Of a stretch of DNA of 64,000 nucleotides, positions 1-9,740 are shown one piece after another. Both the position numbers and the translations under genes were made by a program. The stretch lies in contig JAITTG010000087.1 in the NCBI GenBank assembly GCA_031287095.1, positions 26,023 to 90,022 on the forward strand, read 5' to 3'. Under the pieces are notes generated by a model. It ran no database searches and had not been told where the DNA came from. It worked only from the letters and a program-made list of their open reading frames with translations. The DNA comes from Candidatus Parendomicrobium reticulitermitis (lineage in GTDB: Bacteria > Elusimicrobiota > Endomicrobiia > Endomicrobiales > Endomicrobiaceae). Within the stretch, counting starts at the first letter, position 1; each line of letters opens with the position of its first letter.

Positions 1-470
1 GCTTGAAATAAAATGTTAGCGGCGATTACGGCTTTTTGACCCGACAAATCAATAATATCGTCTAATTTTACGCCCGGCTTAAAATGTCTCGGCTCGTAAA
101 ATTCATTATAAGCGGGCAGCGCGGTTTTAGGGATTACTCCTAAAATTTTTCCTTTTTGCAGCGCTATAGCGCAAGAATAAAGTTTGCTTTTAAATAAAAG
201 CGGAGCGCCTATAAAAATGAGAGTTTTTTTATTTATACTCGCTTTTCTGACGCTTTCTATCGCCGCAAGAGTTTCTTTAATTAGCGGCGAAGACAAAAAA
301 AGTTCTCCGCAAGTATATCCCGTTATAGACATTTCTGGAAAAACCAAAAGTTCTATGCCTAATAGGGACGCTTTGTTTATAAGTTTTATGATTTCTTTTG
401 CATTGTTTGCGGGATTTGCCAATGATATTTTTGGAGTTGCCGCCGCGGTTTTTATGAAGCCGTATTTCAT
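1..470 (-). CDS. nadE: NAD+ synthetase (glutamine-dependent), N-terminal CN-hydrolase domain; 3' part runs off the left edge
   Basis: Absent from the ORF track because it is edge-truncated. Minus-strand translation from the ATG at 470 gives MKYGFIKTAAATPKISLANPANNAKEIIKLINKASLLGIELLVFPEMSITGYTCGELF...IPKTALPAYNEFYEPRHF, a typical NadE nitrilase-like N-terminus. ATGA overlap with the stop of the upstream gene. Confidence 0.8.
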   Translation of the reverse strand, partial: MKYGFIKTAAATPKISLANPANNAKEIIKLINKASLLGIELLVFPEMSITGYTCGELFLSSPLIKETLAAIESVRKASINKKTLIFIGAPLLFKSKLYSCAIALQKGKILGVIPKTALPAYNEFYEPRHFKPGVKLDDIIDLSGQKAVIAANILFQ

Positions 471-1657
471 AGAGAGTCCTGTTTGAAATAATCAAAAATT
501 TGTTTGAAGTCTATGCCGCCTTTTTTCCTTTGAGCATAAGCGTCGTATATAGCTCGTTTTGATTTTATGAGCGTGTCCGATTTAATTCCGTATTCCAAAG
601 CCATAGCCGCTTCTATATAAGCGGACAATTTATCGCATATACTTATAAGTTTGCCGTCAAGGGTATTGTATTTGTCGTCGTTATAATTGCAGGCGTCGTC
701 TATAAATTTCACTTTTCCATTTTCCACAATTTTATCTTCAAATTCATTTTGAACAAAATATTTCATCTGAAAATGCCAATCGGAAGGAATGAGCGGCAAA
801 ATCCTTTCATTGACTTGTTTTTCTTCATAGAGTTTTATTATATCGCCAAGACCGTTAACGCTTGACTTTATAGGGCTGATGATATCTTTGGTTAATATCT
901 CAGGCAAATCGTGAAAAAGCGCGCAATAAAAATTATTGTAAATTCTTGTTTTAGAAACGCCCATCTGCATAGAAAAAATATAAGCAAAAATCGCCACTAT
1001 CAACATGTGTCCTAAAACCGTAGTCTTTGGAATTCTAAACGCTTGCGCCCATCTCTGTTGAAATCTGAGTTGTCCGCATAAATCCAAAAAACCGTAATAC
1101 TTTTTATTTATGACAAGTTTCCTTATGCCCGACAAATCGTCATAAGTTGCAAGACTTTCGTCTATTTCTTTTTTTGTGTTTTCAATCCCATAAATCATAG
1201 CGTTCCAAGGATATATGACGCCGAATTCCCATTTCGTCGACATACAATGCGCCGCCGCTAAAATTCTTTTTTCATGAGCGGCATAATTTTCGTCGCTAAA
1301 ATAAGTTGAAAGCCTGTTTTTAAAACCGCCGCCGAGTTTTGACATTTCAATATCTAAAATATCCAAAACCCAAGCGTTAATTTCTTTTTTCTTTTTAGAC
1401 ATCAATTCGTGAAACACTTCGGGCTTCAAATCGGTAAGCATTATTCTATGAAAAAACTCAAAAATTCCGCCTTCAATAAGTTGATTCCAATCAACTTCTT
1501 TGCCGTCCTCTTCTTCAAATTTAGCGACTATATAAGCGATAATCATTTTATGAGCCTGCTTATCAAGTTCAAAAAAATCAAAAGGGCGGACATGGTCGTT
1601 CCATCTCAATATATTTGCAGCCGAAAAAATCCTTAAAATCAATTCTTTTGTGAACAT
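467..1657 (-). CDS. HD-domain phosphohydrolase, family not recognised
   Basis: ORF 467..1717. Likely start is MFTKEL at 1657 behind a GGAGA SD. His/Asp motifs (GHMLIV, FHDLPE) fit the HD superfamily. Confidence 0.55.
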   Translation of the reverse strand: MFTKELILRIFSAANILRWNDHVRPFDFFELDKQAHKMIIAYIVAKFEEEDGKEVDWNQLIEGGIFEFFHRIMLTDLKPEVFHELMSKKKKEINAWVLDILDIEMSKLGGGFKNRLSTYFSDENYAAHEKRILAAAHCMSTKWEFGVIYPWNAMIYGIENTKKEIDESLATYDDLSGIRKLVINKKYYGFLDLCGQLRFQQRWAQAFRIPKTTVLGHMLIVAIFAYIFSMQMGVSKTRIYNNFYCALFHDLPEILTKDIISPIKSSVNGLGDIIKLYEEKQVNERILPLIPSDWHFQMKYFVQNEFEDKIVENGKVKFIDDACNYNDDKYNTLDGKLISICDKLSAYIEAAMALEYGIKSDTLIKSKRAIYDAYAQRKKGGIDFKQIFDYFKQDSL

Positions 1658-1784
1658 AACTATTCTCCGTTTTTTATATTTCCCCTCTCCCGCTTTCGCA
1701 TTATGCATTCCATGCATTCCGCCGCCTGCGGGCTTGACACGTAATTACAAACTCAAAACCCATAACGGCAACGAACAAATCCGC

Positions 1785-2486
1785 TTATTTTTTCATATAT
1801 TTTTTTCTTTCAGCGTCGGACATTTTTTCTATTGAATAGCGGAGCATTGTCCTCGGCATTATTTTGTGATATTTATCTAAAAAATCTCTCAAAACAAATA
1901 AATCTTTTTTGCCCACCTCTCTCAACATCCAACCCGCCGCTTTATGCATTAAATCATGTTTATGAGTTAAAAAATGTTTAGCGAGTTTTAGAATCTCCGT
2001 AAACTCGCCGCGCTTAATAAAGTAATAGGTTGCAACAACGCTGATTCTTTCTTTCCAAAGTTCGCCGGATTTAGCAAAATCAAGCATAAATTTTTTAGAA
2101 TTATTAAACCAAAAATCTCCCGCAATAGACGGCGCCGTCAAATCAACCAAATCCCAATTATTGATATATTTAGTATTGGCAAAATAAAATTTAGCGATTT
2201 TCTCTTTTGCGATTGTATCAGCCTTGCTATACTTATCAACCAAAATCAATAAAGCGGTAAGTCTAACTTCGTGAACTTTATTTTTCAAAAGAGCCGAAAT
2301 ATCGCTCAAAACCGCTTCTGCGCTATATTTTTTAGCAATTATCCTTTGCATAGGAACGGTCAATCCCCAAAACAAATCCCCTTCGCCATATTCCCCTTTG
2401 TCTGTCTTAAAAAAGCCGGAAAGATGTTTAGCGAGAGCCGAATTTTGCTTACCTTTCAGCTCTTTTAAAATTTTATCTTTAACCAT
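1785..2486 (-). CDS. DNA alkylation repair protein (AlkD-like HEAT-repeat glycosylase family)
   Basis: 233 aa. N-terminal ...LAKHLSGFFKTDKGEYGEGDLFWGLTVPMQR... and NNWDLVDL motifs are typical of the DNA alkylation repair enzyme family. Confidence 0.7.
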   Translation of the reverse strand: MVKDKILKELKGKQNSALAKHLSGFFKTDKGEYGEGDLFWGLTVPMQRIIAKKYSAEAVLSDISALLKNKVHEVRLTALLILVDKYSKADTIAKEKIAKFYFANTKYINNWDLVDLTAPSIAGDFWFNNSKKFMLDFAKSGELWKERISVVATYYFIKRGEFTEILKLAKHFLTHKHDLMHKAAGWMLREVGKKDLFVLRDFLDKYHKIMPRTMLRYSIEKMSDAERKKYMKK

Positions 2487-2842
2487 TGTTTCCCCCGCTC
2501 AATTTTTCTTCTATAAAATGGATTTTATGAAAAACGGGGGGTTTATGCAATTGAATAATTCACATTAAAGGCAGCGGCTTTTCTCGCAAGAGATACAAAA
2601 CAGCAACGACAAAAACGACAACGGCTTATCGCAAGTTGCGCAAATAGAATTTAACGGCAACGACCATGCAAGGAGCGCAAAACAATAAAAAACAAAAAAA
2701 TCCGAACCTTGCAGGGCGCAGGTTTCAAATCCGCCCGCTTGGACGAATGATGAAAATAAACGAAAAATGGGAAAAAAACGACGAACGACAAAAACGGACG
2801 AACGGTAAATAAAAAAGAAAAAAGACGACAAACCCAAACATT

Positions 2843-2876
2843 GTATGGGCGGGTTTCAAACCCGCCCGTCCGCACG
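2843..2876 (+). repeat. REP-like palindrome GTATGGGCGGGTTTCAAACCCGCCC, member of the GTAG-headed family
   Basis: Near-perfect palindrome GGGCGGGTTT/AAACCCGCCC. Related copies at 30630, 32442 and 29793, with degenerate ones at 2711 and 19615. Confidence 0.7.
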
Positions 2877-2952
2877 AAATTGCTCCTTTGCACAACCACA
2901 TAAAAATAGATGGGCATTGTCATTGTAACATCGTTGAATCTGCCGCATAATA

Positions 2953-2988
2953 AAAGCCCCCATCGCTTAATAGCGATGGAGGCTTTTA
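2953..2988. terminator. bidirectional stem-loop terminator downstream of the rubredoxin-fusion gene
   Basis: AAAAGCCCCCATCGC-TTAATA-GCGATGGAGGCTTTT; T-run on the minus strand after the stem. Confidence 0.6.
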
Positions 2989-3005
2989 TGTTTCGTTCTT
3001 TGATT

Positions 3006-3662
3006 TTACTTTTCCAATTTGAACATATCTTTTCCTACTGCGCAAATGGGACATTTCCAATCGGCTGGCAAGTCTTCAAATTTACCTTGCGAGCCGTCGT
3101 ATTTGTATCCGCAAACTGCGCATACCCAAACGCCTTCTGATTTTTCGTCCATAGTTGTATCCTCCTTTTGATATGTCGGCGCGGTTGATGGAGACTTGCC
3201 TTTGATTACTTTGTGATAATAGGCATAAGTCATCGCTTCACCGCCGATTTGTTGGGCGTCTGTCAATTCTGCAAAAAATAGAGTGTGCGTGCTTAACTCT
3301 TTTTTGTCTATCACTTTGCAAGACAGCCATCCGGTAATTCCATCTTTTAAAACAGGCATTTTATCTTTCGTCAATTCATAAGGAACCCCGTCAAATTTAT
3401 TGACATCTCTGCCTGATTTGAAGCCGAATTGTCCGATAATGCCGCCGTTTGCCTCCTGCGATAAAATGGAAATGCTAAACAGCCCGGCTTTCTTAATACA
3501 TTCATTAGTAAAATTCTTTTGATTGACGCAGACAGCAAGAATAGGCGGTTCTGAGACAACTTGCATAACGGAGTTCACCGCGCAGCCCGTCAATTTCTCT
3601 CCATTTTTGGCGCCTATGATATAGACCCCATAACTTAAATCTCTCAATGCTTTTGTATCCAT
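3006..3662 (-). CDS. flavin reductase-like domain fused to a C-terminal rubredoxin (high-molecular-weight rubredoxin type)
   Basis: N-terminal [12 protein letters not shown]...[10 protein letters not shown] flavin-reductase fold signature. C-terminal [12 protein letters not shown]...[10 protein letters not shown] with two CxxC pairs. Confidence 0.75.
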   Translation of the reverse strand: MDTKALRDLSYGVYIIGAKNGEKLTGCAVNSVMQVVSEPPILAVCVNQKNFTNECIKKAGLFSISILSQEANGGIIGQFGFKSGRDVNKFDGVPYELTKDKMPVLKDGITGWLSCKVIDKKELSTHTLFFAELTDAQQIGGEAMTYAYYHKVIKGKSPSTAPTYQKEDTTMDEKSEGVWVCAVCGYKYDGSQGKFEDLPADWKCPICAVGKDMFKLEK

Positions 3663-3709
3663 AATATCCTCCCGTTCCTCTTTATTTACATTTGGATTTT
3701 ATCAGTTTT

Positions 3710-5110
3710 TTACTTTATATCAAAATAATTTTTTATTCCGATTTTTTCTAAAAATTCCGGCTCGTGTGAGATTATTAGCATTGCGCCGGGGTATTGAGAT
3801 AGGATTTGCTCTATATGCGTTTTGGTTTCTAAATCTATATTGTTTGTTATTTCATCAAGCAATAATAATTTAGGAGTTTTGGCGGCTATTTTGGCAAGAC
3901 AAAGGCGGGCGCGTTCGCCGCCCGACAGCAAAAAAACTTTTTTATGAACTTCTTCATTTTTCTTAAATAAAAAATCATTTAAAAAATCTCTTATTTCTTC
4001 TTGTTTCCAATCCGTTATTTTAGAAATCGTCTCATAAACGGTATCCTCATTATTCAAATCGCTGTAATATTGGTCTAAATAGCCTATATCTTTTGCATCA
4101 GGCATTGACCAAAATCCTGTTTTTATAATTTGCGGATAGTTTAAAATGGCTTTAAACAGAGTGGTTTTTCCGCTGCCGTTGCCGCCTATAACCGCTAAAT
4201 GCTGATCGCCGTCTAAATTAAGATTTATATCTTTTAAAATAATTTTTTCATCATATCTTGCCGAGCCTCCGCTTATGGAAAGAATAGTTTTTGTCTCTAT
4301 TTTGGCATTGAGATGAAATTTGGGTTTTATTATATACGCTATATGCAAGTCCAACAGCGCTTCATTTAACGCTTGTCTTTTATCGGACAAATCCGCCTGT
4401 TTTGCACCTGCTGTTTTTCTGGCAGAACTCGCTTTTAAATCTCCCACCGCCGGCAGCCATCGTTTTTGCTCTACCAATTTTTCACCTCTTTGTTTGCTAT
4501 GCGCCGCTCTTTGCTGCTCTTTCATAAGCGATTTATGCGATTCTTTCTTCTCTCTTTTTATATCAGCAAGTTGATTTTGAAGGCTGAGCCTTTTTTGTTT
4601 TAAATCTCTAATATAATCGTCGTATTTGCCGTTGAAAATTTTTATGCGTCCCCCTTCTATATGCCAAATGGTATTGACGCAGTTCTTGAGCAATTCTTCA
4701 TCGTGAGAAACAATGAGCAAAGTTCCTCTATAGAATTCCAACATTTTCATAAGCGATCTGCGGTTTTTTAAATCCAAATGATTTGTAGGTTCGTCTAACA
4801 TCAAAATGTCCGGTTTTTGCACCAAAGCCGCGCTTAAACATTTATTAAATTTTTGCCCGCCGCTCAAATTTTCATAATCATAAATCAATTGTCCGACATA
4901 ACCAAAATTGAGATTTTTATTATTGAGAATTTCTCCTTCGGAAGGCTCAAAATCTCCTTTAATGATTTTTAAAAGCGTAGATTTTCCAGAGCCATTATTG
5001 CCTATGACGGCAATTCTGCAACCGTCCATAATCTGCGCGCTAAAATCTTCAAAACAAATTTTATTTGGAAAAGAAAGGCTGATATGATTTAAAAAAATTG
5101 GTTTTTGCAT
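3710..5110 (-). CDS. ABC-F type ATPase (two ABC cassettes with charged linker, no membrane domain)
   Basis: Two Walker A motifs (GNNGSGKST, GGNGSGKTT), two LSGG signatures and a K/E/R/Q-rich interdomain linker. Confidence 0.8.
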   Translation of the reverse strand: MQKPIFLNHISLSFPNKICFEDFSAQIMDGCRIAVIGNNGSGKSTLLKIIKGDFEPSEGEILNNKNLNFGYVGQLIYDYENLSGGQKFNKCLSAALVQKPDILMLDEPTNHLDLKNRRSLMKMLEFYRGTLLIVSHDEELLKNCVNTIWHIEGGRIKIFNGKYDDYIRDLKQKRLSLQNQLADIKREKKESHKSLMKEQQRAAHSKQRGEKLVEQKRWLPAVGDLKASSARKTAGAKQADLSDKRQALNEALLDLHIAYIIKPKFHLNAKIETKTILSISGGSARYDEKIILKDINLNLDGDQHLAVIGGNGSGKTTLFKAILNYPQIIKTGFWSMPDAKDIGYLDQYYSDLNNEDTVYETISKITDWKQEEIRDFLNDFLFKKNEEVHKKVFLLSGGERARLCLAKIAAKTPKLLLLDEITNNIDLETKTHIEQILSQYPGAMLIISHEPEFLEKIGIKNYFDIK

Positions 5111-5227
5111 TCGGCTATTATACTTTTTTTGATTTAATTAAGTTTTTTTGCTAATGTAGGCATCGTAACAAAACAATTCAATAAAGATTATTTGTTGGAA
5201 GCGTAGGGAAAGCCTATGCTGAGCTGG

Positions 5228-5389
5228 GCGGAGGAAACTCCGCAGGCACATTCCAATCCACGAATAATCGTCTTCGCCTATCTCATTTCGAGATGGGCTG
5301 ACGGCGATTACTATGGGTTATTGGAATGGCTCAAGGTCTTCGCCGTTTTTCTTATCATCGGCGCCCCCAGCGTAAATATATTTGGGGGC
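5228..5389 (+). promoter_or_regulatory. GC-rich three-hairpin leader candidate upstream of the UbiA-GT39 pair
   Basis: GCGGAG-GAAA-CTCCGC (5228-5243). Long imperfect hairpin closed by CATTCCAAT (5249-5257)/ATTGGAATG (5320-5328). GCCCCCA (5363-5369)/TGGGGGC (5383-5389) enclosing the putative TTG start. Confidence 0.3.
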
Positions 5390-6290
5390 ATTCTTGGAAA
5401 TATCGCCAAAATCAAAAATCAAATCCTATCTAAAACTATTTCGTATTCATCATTGGCTTAAAAACGCTCTTGTTTTTACGCCGCTTATTTTTGCCGTCAA
5501 ATTTTTTAATTTTGACTTGCTTATCAAAACCGCGTTTTGCTTTTTAGCCTTTTCTCTTCTTGCTTCCGCCATATATATAATCAATGACATTTTTGACGCT
5601 TCCAAAGACAAATTGCATAAAATCAAACATTTGCGTCCTATCGCAAGCGGTCAAATTTCTTGTCAAAATGCCGCATTCTGTTCAATAATCCTTATCGCAT
5701 TAGCTTTTATCGTCAATTTCTGCTTTGTCAAAGACCAATCTCTCGCATGGCTGTTTCTTGCCTTATATCTTTTTTCCAATATCGCTTATAGTTTAGGTTT
5801 AAAAAATATCCCGCTCATTGATTTGATTATTCTCGTCTGCGGCTTTTTATTGCGTATTTTATACGGCAGCCAAACCACAGGTATTCCGATTTCCAATTGG
5901 TTATATCTCGTGATTTTCGCATCCTCTTTCTTTATGGGATTAGGCAAACGCCGCAATGAGATTTTAACAAGCGGCGCTGATACAAGAGAAGTTTTAAAAC
6001 GATATGCCTTTGATTTCCTTGATAAAAGCCTTTATGTATGCCTCACTTTGACAGTGGTTTTTTATGCGATGTGGGCTATTGATGTTCAAGCCATGTCAAG
6101 ACATAGCATAAACCCAATTTGGACAGTCAGTTTAGTTCTCATTATTTGTCTGCGCTATTCAATGGTATTAGAAAACAAATCTTTTGGAGACCCCGTTGAT
6201 ATTTTGCTGCATGATGCAGTCTTAAAAACTCTCGTGTTTTTATACGCAATAATAATGTTTTTCGTCTTATACGGACAGACCGTAATATAA
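5382..6290 (+). CDS. UbiA-family prenyl-phosphate phosphoribosyltransferase (DPPR-synthase-like)
   Basis: HHWLKNALVFTPLIF and NDIFDASKDKLHKIKHLRPIASG motifs; polytopic membrane protein. No ATG near the 5' end, so the TTG start at 5382 (or 5394) is uncertain. Confidence 0.7.
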   Translation: MGAFLEISPKSKIKSYLKLFRIHHWLKNALVFTPLIFAVKFFNFDLLIKTAFCFLAFSLLASAIYIINDIFDASKDKLHKIKHLRPIASGQISCQNAAFCSIILIALAFIVNFCFVKDQSLAWLFLALYLFSNIAYSLGLKNIPLIDLIILVCGFLLRILYGSQTTGIPISNWLYLVIFASSFFMGLGKRRNEILTSGADTREVLKRYAFDFLDKSLYVCLTLTVVFYAMWAIDVQAMSRHSINPIWTVSLVLIICLRYSMVLENKSFGDPVDILLHDAVLKTLVFLYAIIMFFVLYGQTVI

Positions 6291-6304
6291 AAAAGGAGGA
6301 TTGT

Positions 6305-7855
6305 ATGGCAATAAGCAAATTGTGGAATTTTTTATTGATAAAGCAGGATAATAGTCAAGAAAGGATGATGGATATTTTTTGCGACATTTTTGTTCTCACT
6401 ATGGCAATTAAAATATTATTATCAATATCTGTGCCTATAACAAGCGATGAGGCGTATTTTGTTTTGTGGGGAAGATATCCCGCTTTGGGTTATTATGACC
6501 ATCCGCCTATGATAGGGTGGATTTTGTATCTTTTGCAATTGATATCTTCGTCAACGCTTATTATGCGCCTGCCCGCCATAGTTTTTAGTCAAATGATAAG
6601 TATCGGCATTTATATATTTTTAAAACAATTTGACGAATACAAAGCAGTCCTTGCGGCTCTTTTTTGGCTTGTTTCTCCAATAAATATATTAAATGTCCTT
6701 GTAACAACAGACGCTCCGCTGCTCTTGTTTTCTTTTCTGTCTGTGATTTCACTATATTATGCGGTCAATAAACAAAATTATTTGTTTTATATTCTTTCAG
6801 GTTTAAGTTTGGGGGCGGCTTTTCTTTCAAAGTATTTTGCCGTTCTATTGGGGCTTTCCTATCTTATATATTACATTGCCTCTGAAAAAACTTATCAAAA
6901 AACTATCGGCTTTATTATTATCTTTGCTATAGTTTTACCTTTTGGCGCTTTGAACTTCTATTATAACTATGAGAACGGCTGGACTAATATTATGTTTAAT
7001 CTAATAAACAGAAATCAAAATGAAAGTTTTAAAATCATCAAACCGATTGCTTTTATATTATGCCAATTGTATTTGCTTACTCCGCCGATAGTCTATTATG
7101 TTTTCAAAAAGCGCAAGAATTTAAGAGAACTTATTTTTGGAGACAGATATTTTAATTTTTTTGCTATTGCATTTATTGTCCCGCTTATGATATTTGCCGT
7201 AATATCATTAAAAAAAATGGTCGGTCTGCATTGGCTGCTTTCTTTTTATCCTATTGTCTATATATTGTCATTTATATTATTATCAAAGATAGAACTTTTA
7301 AAAAGCATTAGATTTATGGCGGTTTTTTCTTTCTTTCATATTCTGATTATTTTTATAGGACTTTCTTTACCTTTACCAATAATACAAAACAATAGAAATT
7401 ATCCTATAGTTATTGCGAGTATGTATCCAAAAATTATAATCAATTATTTCAAACAATATGAAAATGAGTTTTACTTTGCCGCTCCAAGTTATGCCGACTC
7501 TGCGATTTTTGAATTTTACTATCGCAAGCATGTTGCAGTTTTTGGGAGCGGCTCATACCATGCCCGCCAAGACGATATTTTGACAGACTGGATTGCTTTA
7601 AATGATAAAAATATTATGATTGTATGCCACTCGCGGCAAAACAAGGAAAAATATCAGCCCTTTTTTGAAAAAGTAGAAATAACGCAAGTTTCAATCAAAG
7701 GCGCGGCTTTTTATTTTGTATTTGGATATAACTTTGACTATGAGGCTTATAAGGATACAGTTCTGAGCGCTAATAAAAAGAATTTCTACAATATCCCAAA
7801 ATTCTTACCAATACCGCCAAGCAATAAGTATCAATTTGCCAAATACTTTAAATAA
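6305..7855 (+). CDS. GT-C fold glycosyltransferase, family 39 (ArnT/PMT-like)
   Basis: 516 aa polytopic protein with the N-terminal loop motif SDEAYFVLWGRYPALGYYDHPPMIGW typical of GT39/ArnT-like enzymes. Confidence 0.75.
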   Translation: MAISKLWNFLLIKQDNSQERMMDIFCDIFVLTMAIKILLSISVPITSDEAYFVLWGRYPALGYYDHPPMIGWILYLLQLISSSTLIMRLPAIVFSQMISIGIYIFLKQFDEYKAVLAALFWLVSPINILNVLVTTDAPLLLFSFLSVISLYYAVNKQNYLFYILSGLSLGAAFLSKYFAVLLGLSYLIYYIASEKTYQKTIGFIIIFAIVLPFGALNFYYNYENGWTNIMFNLINRNQNESFKIIKPIAFILCQLYLLTPPIVYYVFKKRKNLRELIFGDRYFNFFAIAFIVPLMIFAVISLKKMVGLHWLLSFYPIVYILSFILLSKIELLKSIRFMAVFSFFHILIIFIGLSLPLPIIQNNRNYPIVIASMYPKIIINYFKQYENEFYFAAPSYADSAIFEFYYRKHVAVFGSGSYHARQDDILTDWIALNDKNIMIVCHSRQNKEKYQPFFEKVEITQVSIKGAAFYFVFGYNFDYEAYKDTVLSANKKNFYNIPKFLPIPPSNKYQFAKYFK

Positions 7856-8201
7856 AAATCAATTTTAAAAACCTTTGATTTTTTTCAAGTTATTCTGTGT
7901 TTAAATTGAGAGTTTTGCGGACATCTAATATGAGGTAACTGATTGCATCTTTCATATCTATTGGTATGGCAAAAGACAAAGAAAAAAGCAATTCCTAACA
8001 ATACTGCGCCGTATTGCTGTTTTGCGCTCCTTGCGCGGTCGTTGTCTTCGTCGTTATCCCCTTTTGCGCTCCTTACGAGAAGTCATTGCCGTTATACTCC
8101 GTGCGATTGTTGTTGCCGTTTCAGAGATATTTTTTGCTATAATCTGTCTGTATTAAAAATATGGTTGGACTTTGAGTCCAATTCTAAAAAGGAGAAACAA
8201 A

Positions 8202-8831
8202 ATGAAAAAACTACTTGGTCTTACCGTTGTATTTGTTTTTGCTGTGATTTTGTCATCTTGCGGAGGAGGGGCGGCGCTTAAGAATGCCCCTAAGGTGACT
8301 ATTTTGGAAACTATGCCGTCTAATACCTCGACTCCTAAATGGGCGAATAAAACTGAAGATTTTTGGGAAGAAAAAGGCGCTTATTTTTATCGCGGTATAT
8401 CGGAAGGGATGACTAATGTTCAGGCTTCAAGAAGGGCGGCTCAAGCGGCGGCTTTTACCGCTTTGGCTGAACAAGTTAAAGTGACAGTGCGCAATGAATT
8501 CTCAAACGCTCTTGAAAGCACTTCCTATAATCCAAATTCAGGCGGATATCTTAAAGATGTTTTCTTTTCTGTCGTTGACAATCTCACTATAAGCGGGGCT
8601 GTTGTTGCAGAAAGTTATTCTCAACGGATATCTGAGGCGTCGGAAACTGAAAACAAACTCTATTGGCGCTCTTTTGTTTTATCAAGAATCAGCGCTGAAG
8701 ACTATAAAAAGTTAGTTCAAGCCGCTTTTGATAAGACAGAAAAACAAGTTGACGCTAATAAGAGCGCAAAAGAGTTGGCTAAAGAAGTGGAAAATAGATT
8801 TTTTGAAGTTCAAAACGCCAAACAACAGTAA
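8202..8831 (+). CDS. lipoprotein, LPP20-like
   Basis: ATG at 8202 behind AAGGAG. Signal peptide plus lipobox (VILSSC). GISEGMTNVQASRRAAQAAAFTALAEQV resembles the LPP20 lipoprotein core. Confidence 0.55.
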   Translation: MKKLLGLTVVFVFAVILSSCGGGAALKNAPKVTILETMPSNTSTPKWANKTEDFWEEKGAYFYRGISEGMTNVQASRRAAQAAAFTALAEQVKVTVRNEFSNALESTSYNPNSGGYLKDVFFSVVDNLTISGAVVAESYSQRISEASETENKLYWRSFVLSRISAEDYKKLVQAAFDKTEKQVDANKSAKELAKEVENRFFEVQNAKQQ

Positions 8832-8833
8832 AC

Positions 8834-9649
8834 ATGAAAGCGTTTAAAATTTTAACCATTTTAATAATCGCGGCTTTTTTGGGAGCATGCGCATCCGCTC
8901 CCAAAAAAGCCGTTTTAAATGACGACTCAAATCCGAGAAATCTTACTTGGCTTGGCAAAACTTGGGCTGAAGGCTCAACTCTATATGCCGGCGGCATATC
9001 GGGCGAAAGCGATAATTTGCAGCAAGCAAGACAGCAGGCTTATAGCGACGCTTTAAGAAAAATTGCCGAATATTCCGGCATAACAGTTTCCAATAACGCT
9101 TTTTTTGCCGTGTCTGCAAACAATGCAAGCTCAAGCGATTTATCCAATATGTCGGTAGAAGAAACTTCTCTATCAAAGGCGCAGATTAAAGAATTTGAAT
9201 ACGGCAAAACGCAAACTGGAAAATTTGTCGGATATGCCTTAGTTCAATATGATATGAGATTGCTTGAAGAAGAAAAGAAACGCAAAGAAGAATTAGAAAA
9301 ACAAAGAAAACAAGAAATGGAAAACCGCAAAAAATTAGGAAAACTCGCCATAATAGCTCCCCAAAAATTAAACTTGCTTGTCCCAGACTTAAAACAGTTT
9401 TTACAAAGCGAAGGATATTTAATTGCCGAAACAGGCGACTCTATAACAGTCAGCCTAATAAACGAAGAATACATAGAAAAAGGCAATTTATGGCTTGCGA
9501 CAATAAAGACTGAATTTAATCTAAAAGACAAAATTATAGTAAGTCAGGCGAGCGGCGTCGGAAAAACAAAATATGAGGCTTTAACAGAAGCTGTGAAAAG
9601 ATGGATAGATTATTTTAAAGACGATTACAAAGCGAAAGCAAAAGAATAG
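8834..9649 (+). CDS. lipoprotein, LPP20-like paralog with central charged coiled-coil
   Basis: Lipobox FLGAC. GISGESDNLQQARQQAYSDALRKIAEY parallels the upstream gene. EEEKKRKEELEKQRKQEMENRKK segment. Confidence 0.5.
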   Translation: MKAFKILTILIIAAFLGACASAPKKAVLNDDSNPRNLTWLGKTWAEGSTLYAGGISGESDNLQQARQQAYSDALRKIAEYSGITVSNNAFFAVSANNASSSDLSNMSVEETSLSKAQIKEFEYGKTQTGKFVGYALVQYDMRLLEEEKKRKEELEKQRKQEMENRKKLGKLAIIAPQKLNLLVPDLKQFLQSEGYLIAETGDSITVSLINEEYIEKGNLWLATIKTEFNLKDKIIVSQASGVGKTKYEALTEAVKRWIDYFKDDYKAKAKE

Positions 9650-9675
9650 TTTTATCATTAGTTCAATTTATAATG

Positions 9676-9713
9676 AAAACCCCATATCGCGGGATAGCGA
9701 TATGGGGTTTTTG
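9676..9713 (+). terminator. rho-independent terminator after the lipoprotein pair
   Basis: CCCCATATCGC-GGGATA-GCGATATGGGG followed by TTTTT. Confidence 0.8.
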
Positions 9714-9740
9714 TTTGGGTGGTTTTGAGAATCGGCAATT

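Noticed and set aside
5228-5244. RNase P RNA, because GGAGGAAACTCCGC resembles the GAGGAAAGUCCGGGC P4 region
   Set aside because: The structured patch is only about 170 nt and lacks the other universally conserved RNase P blocks.
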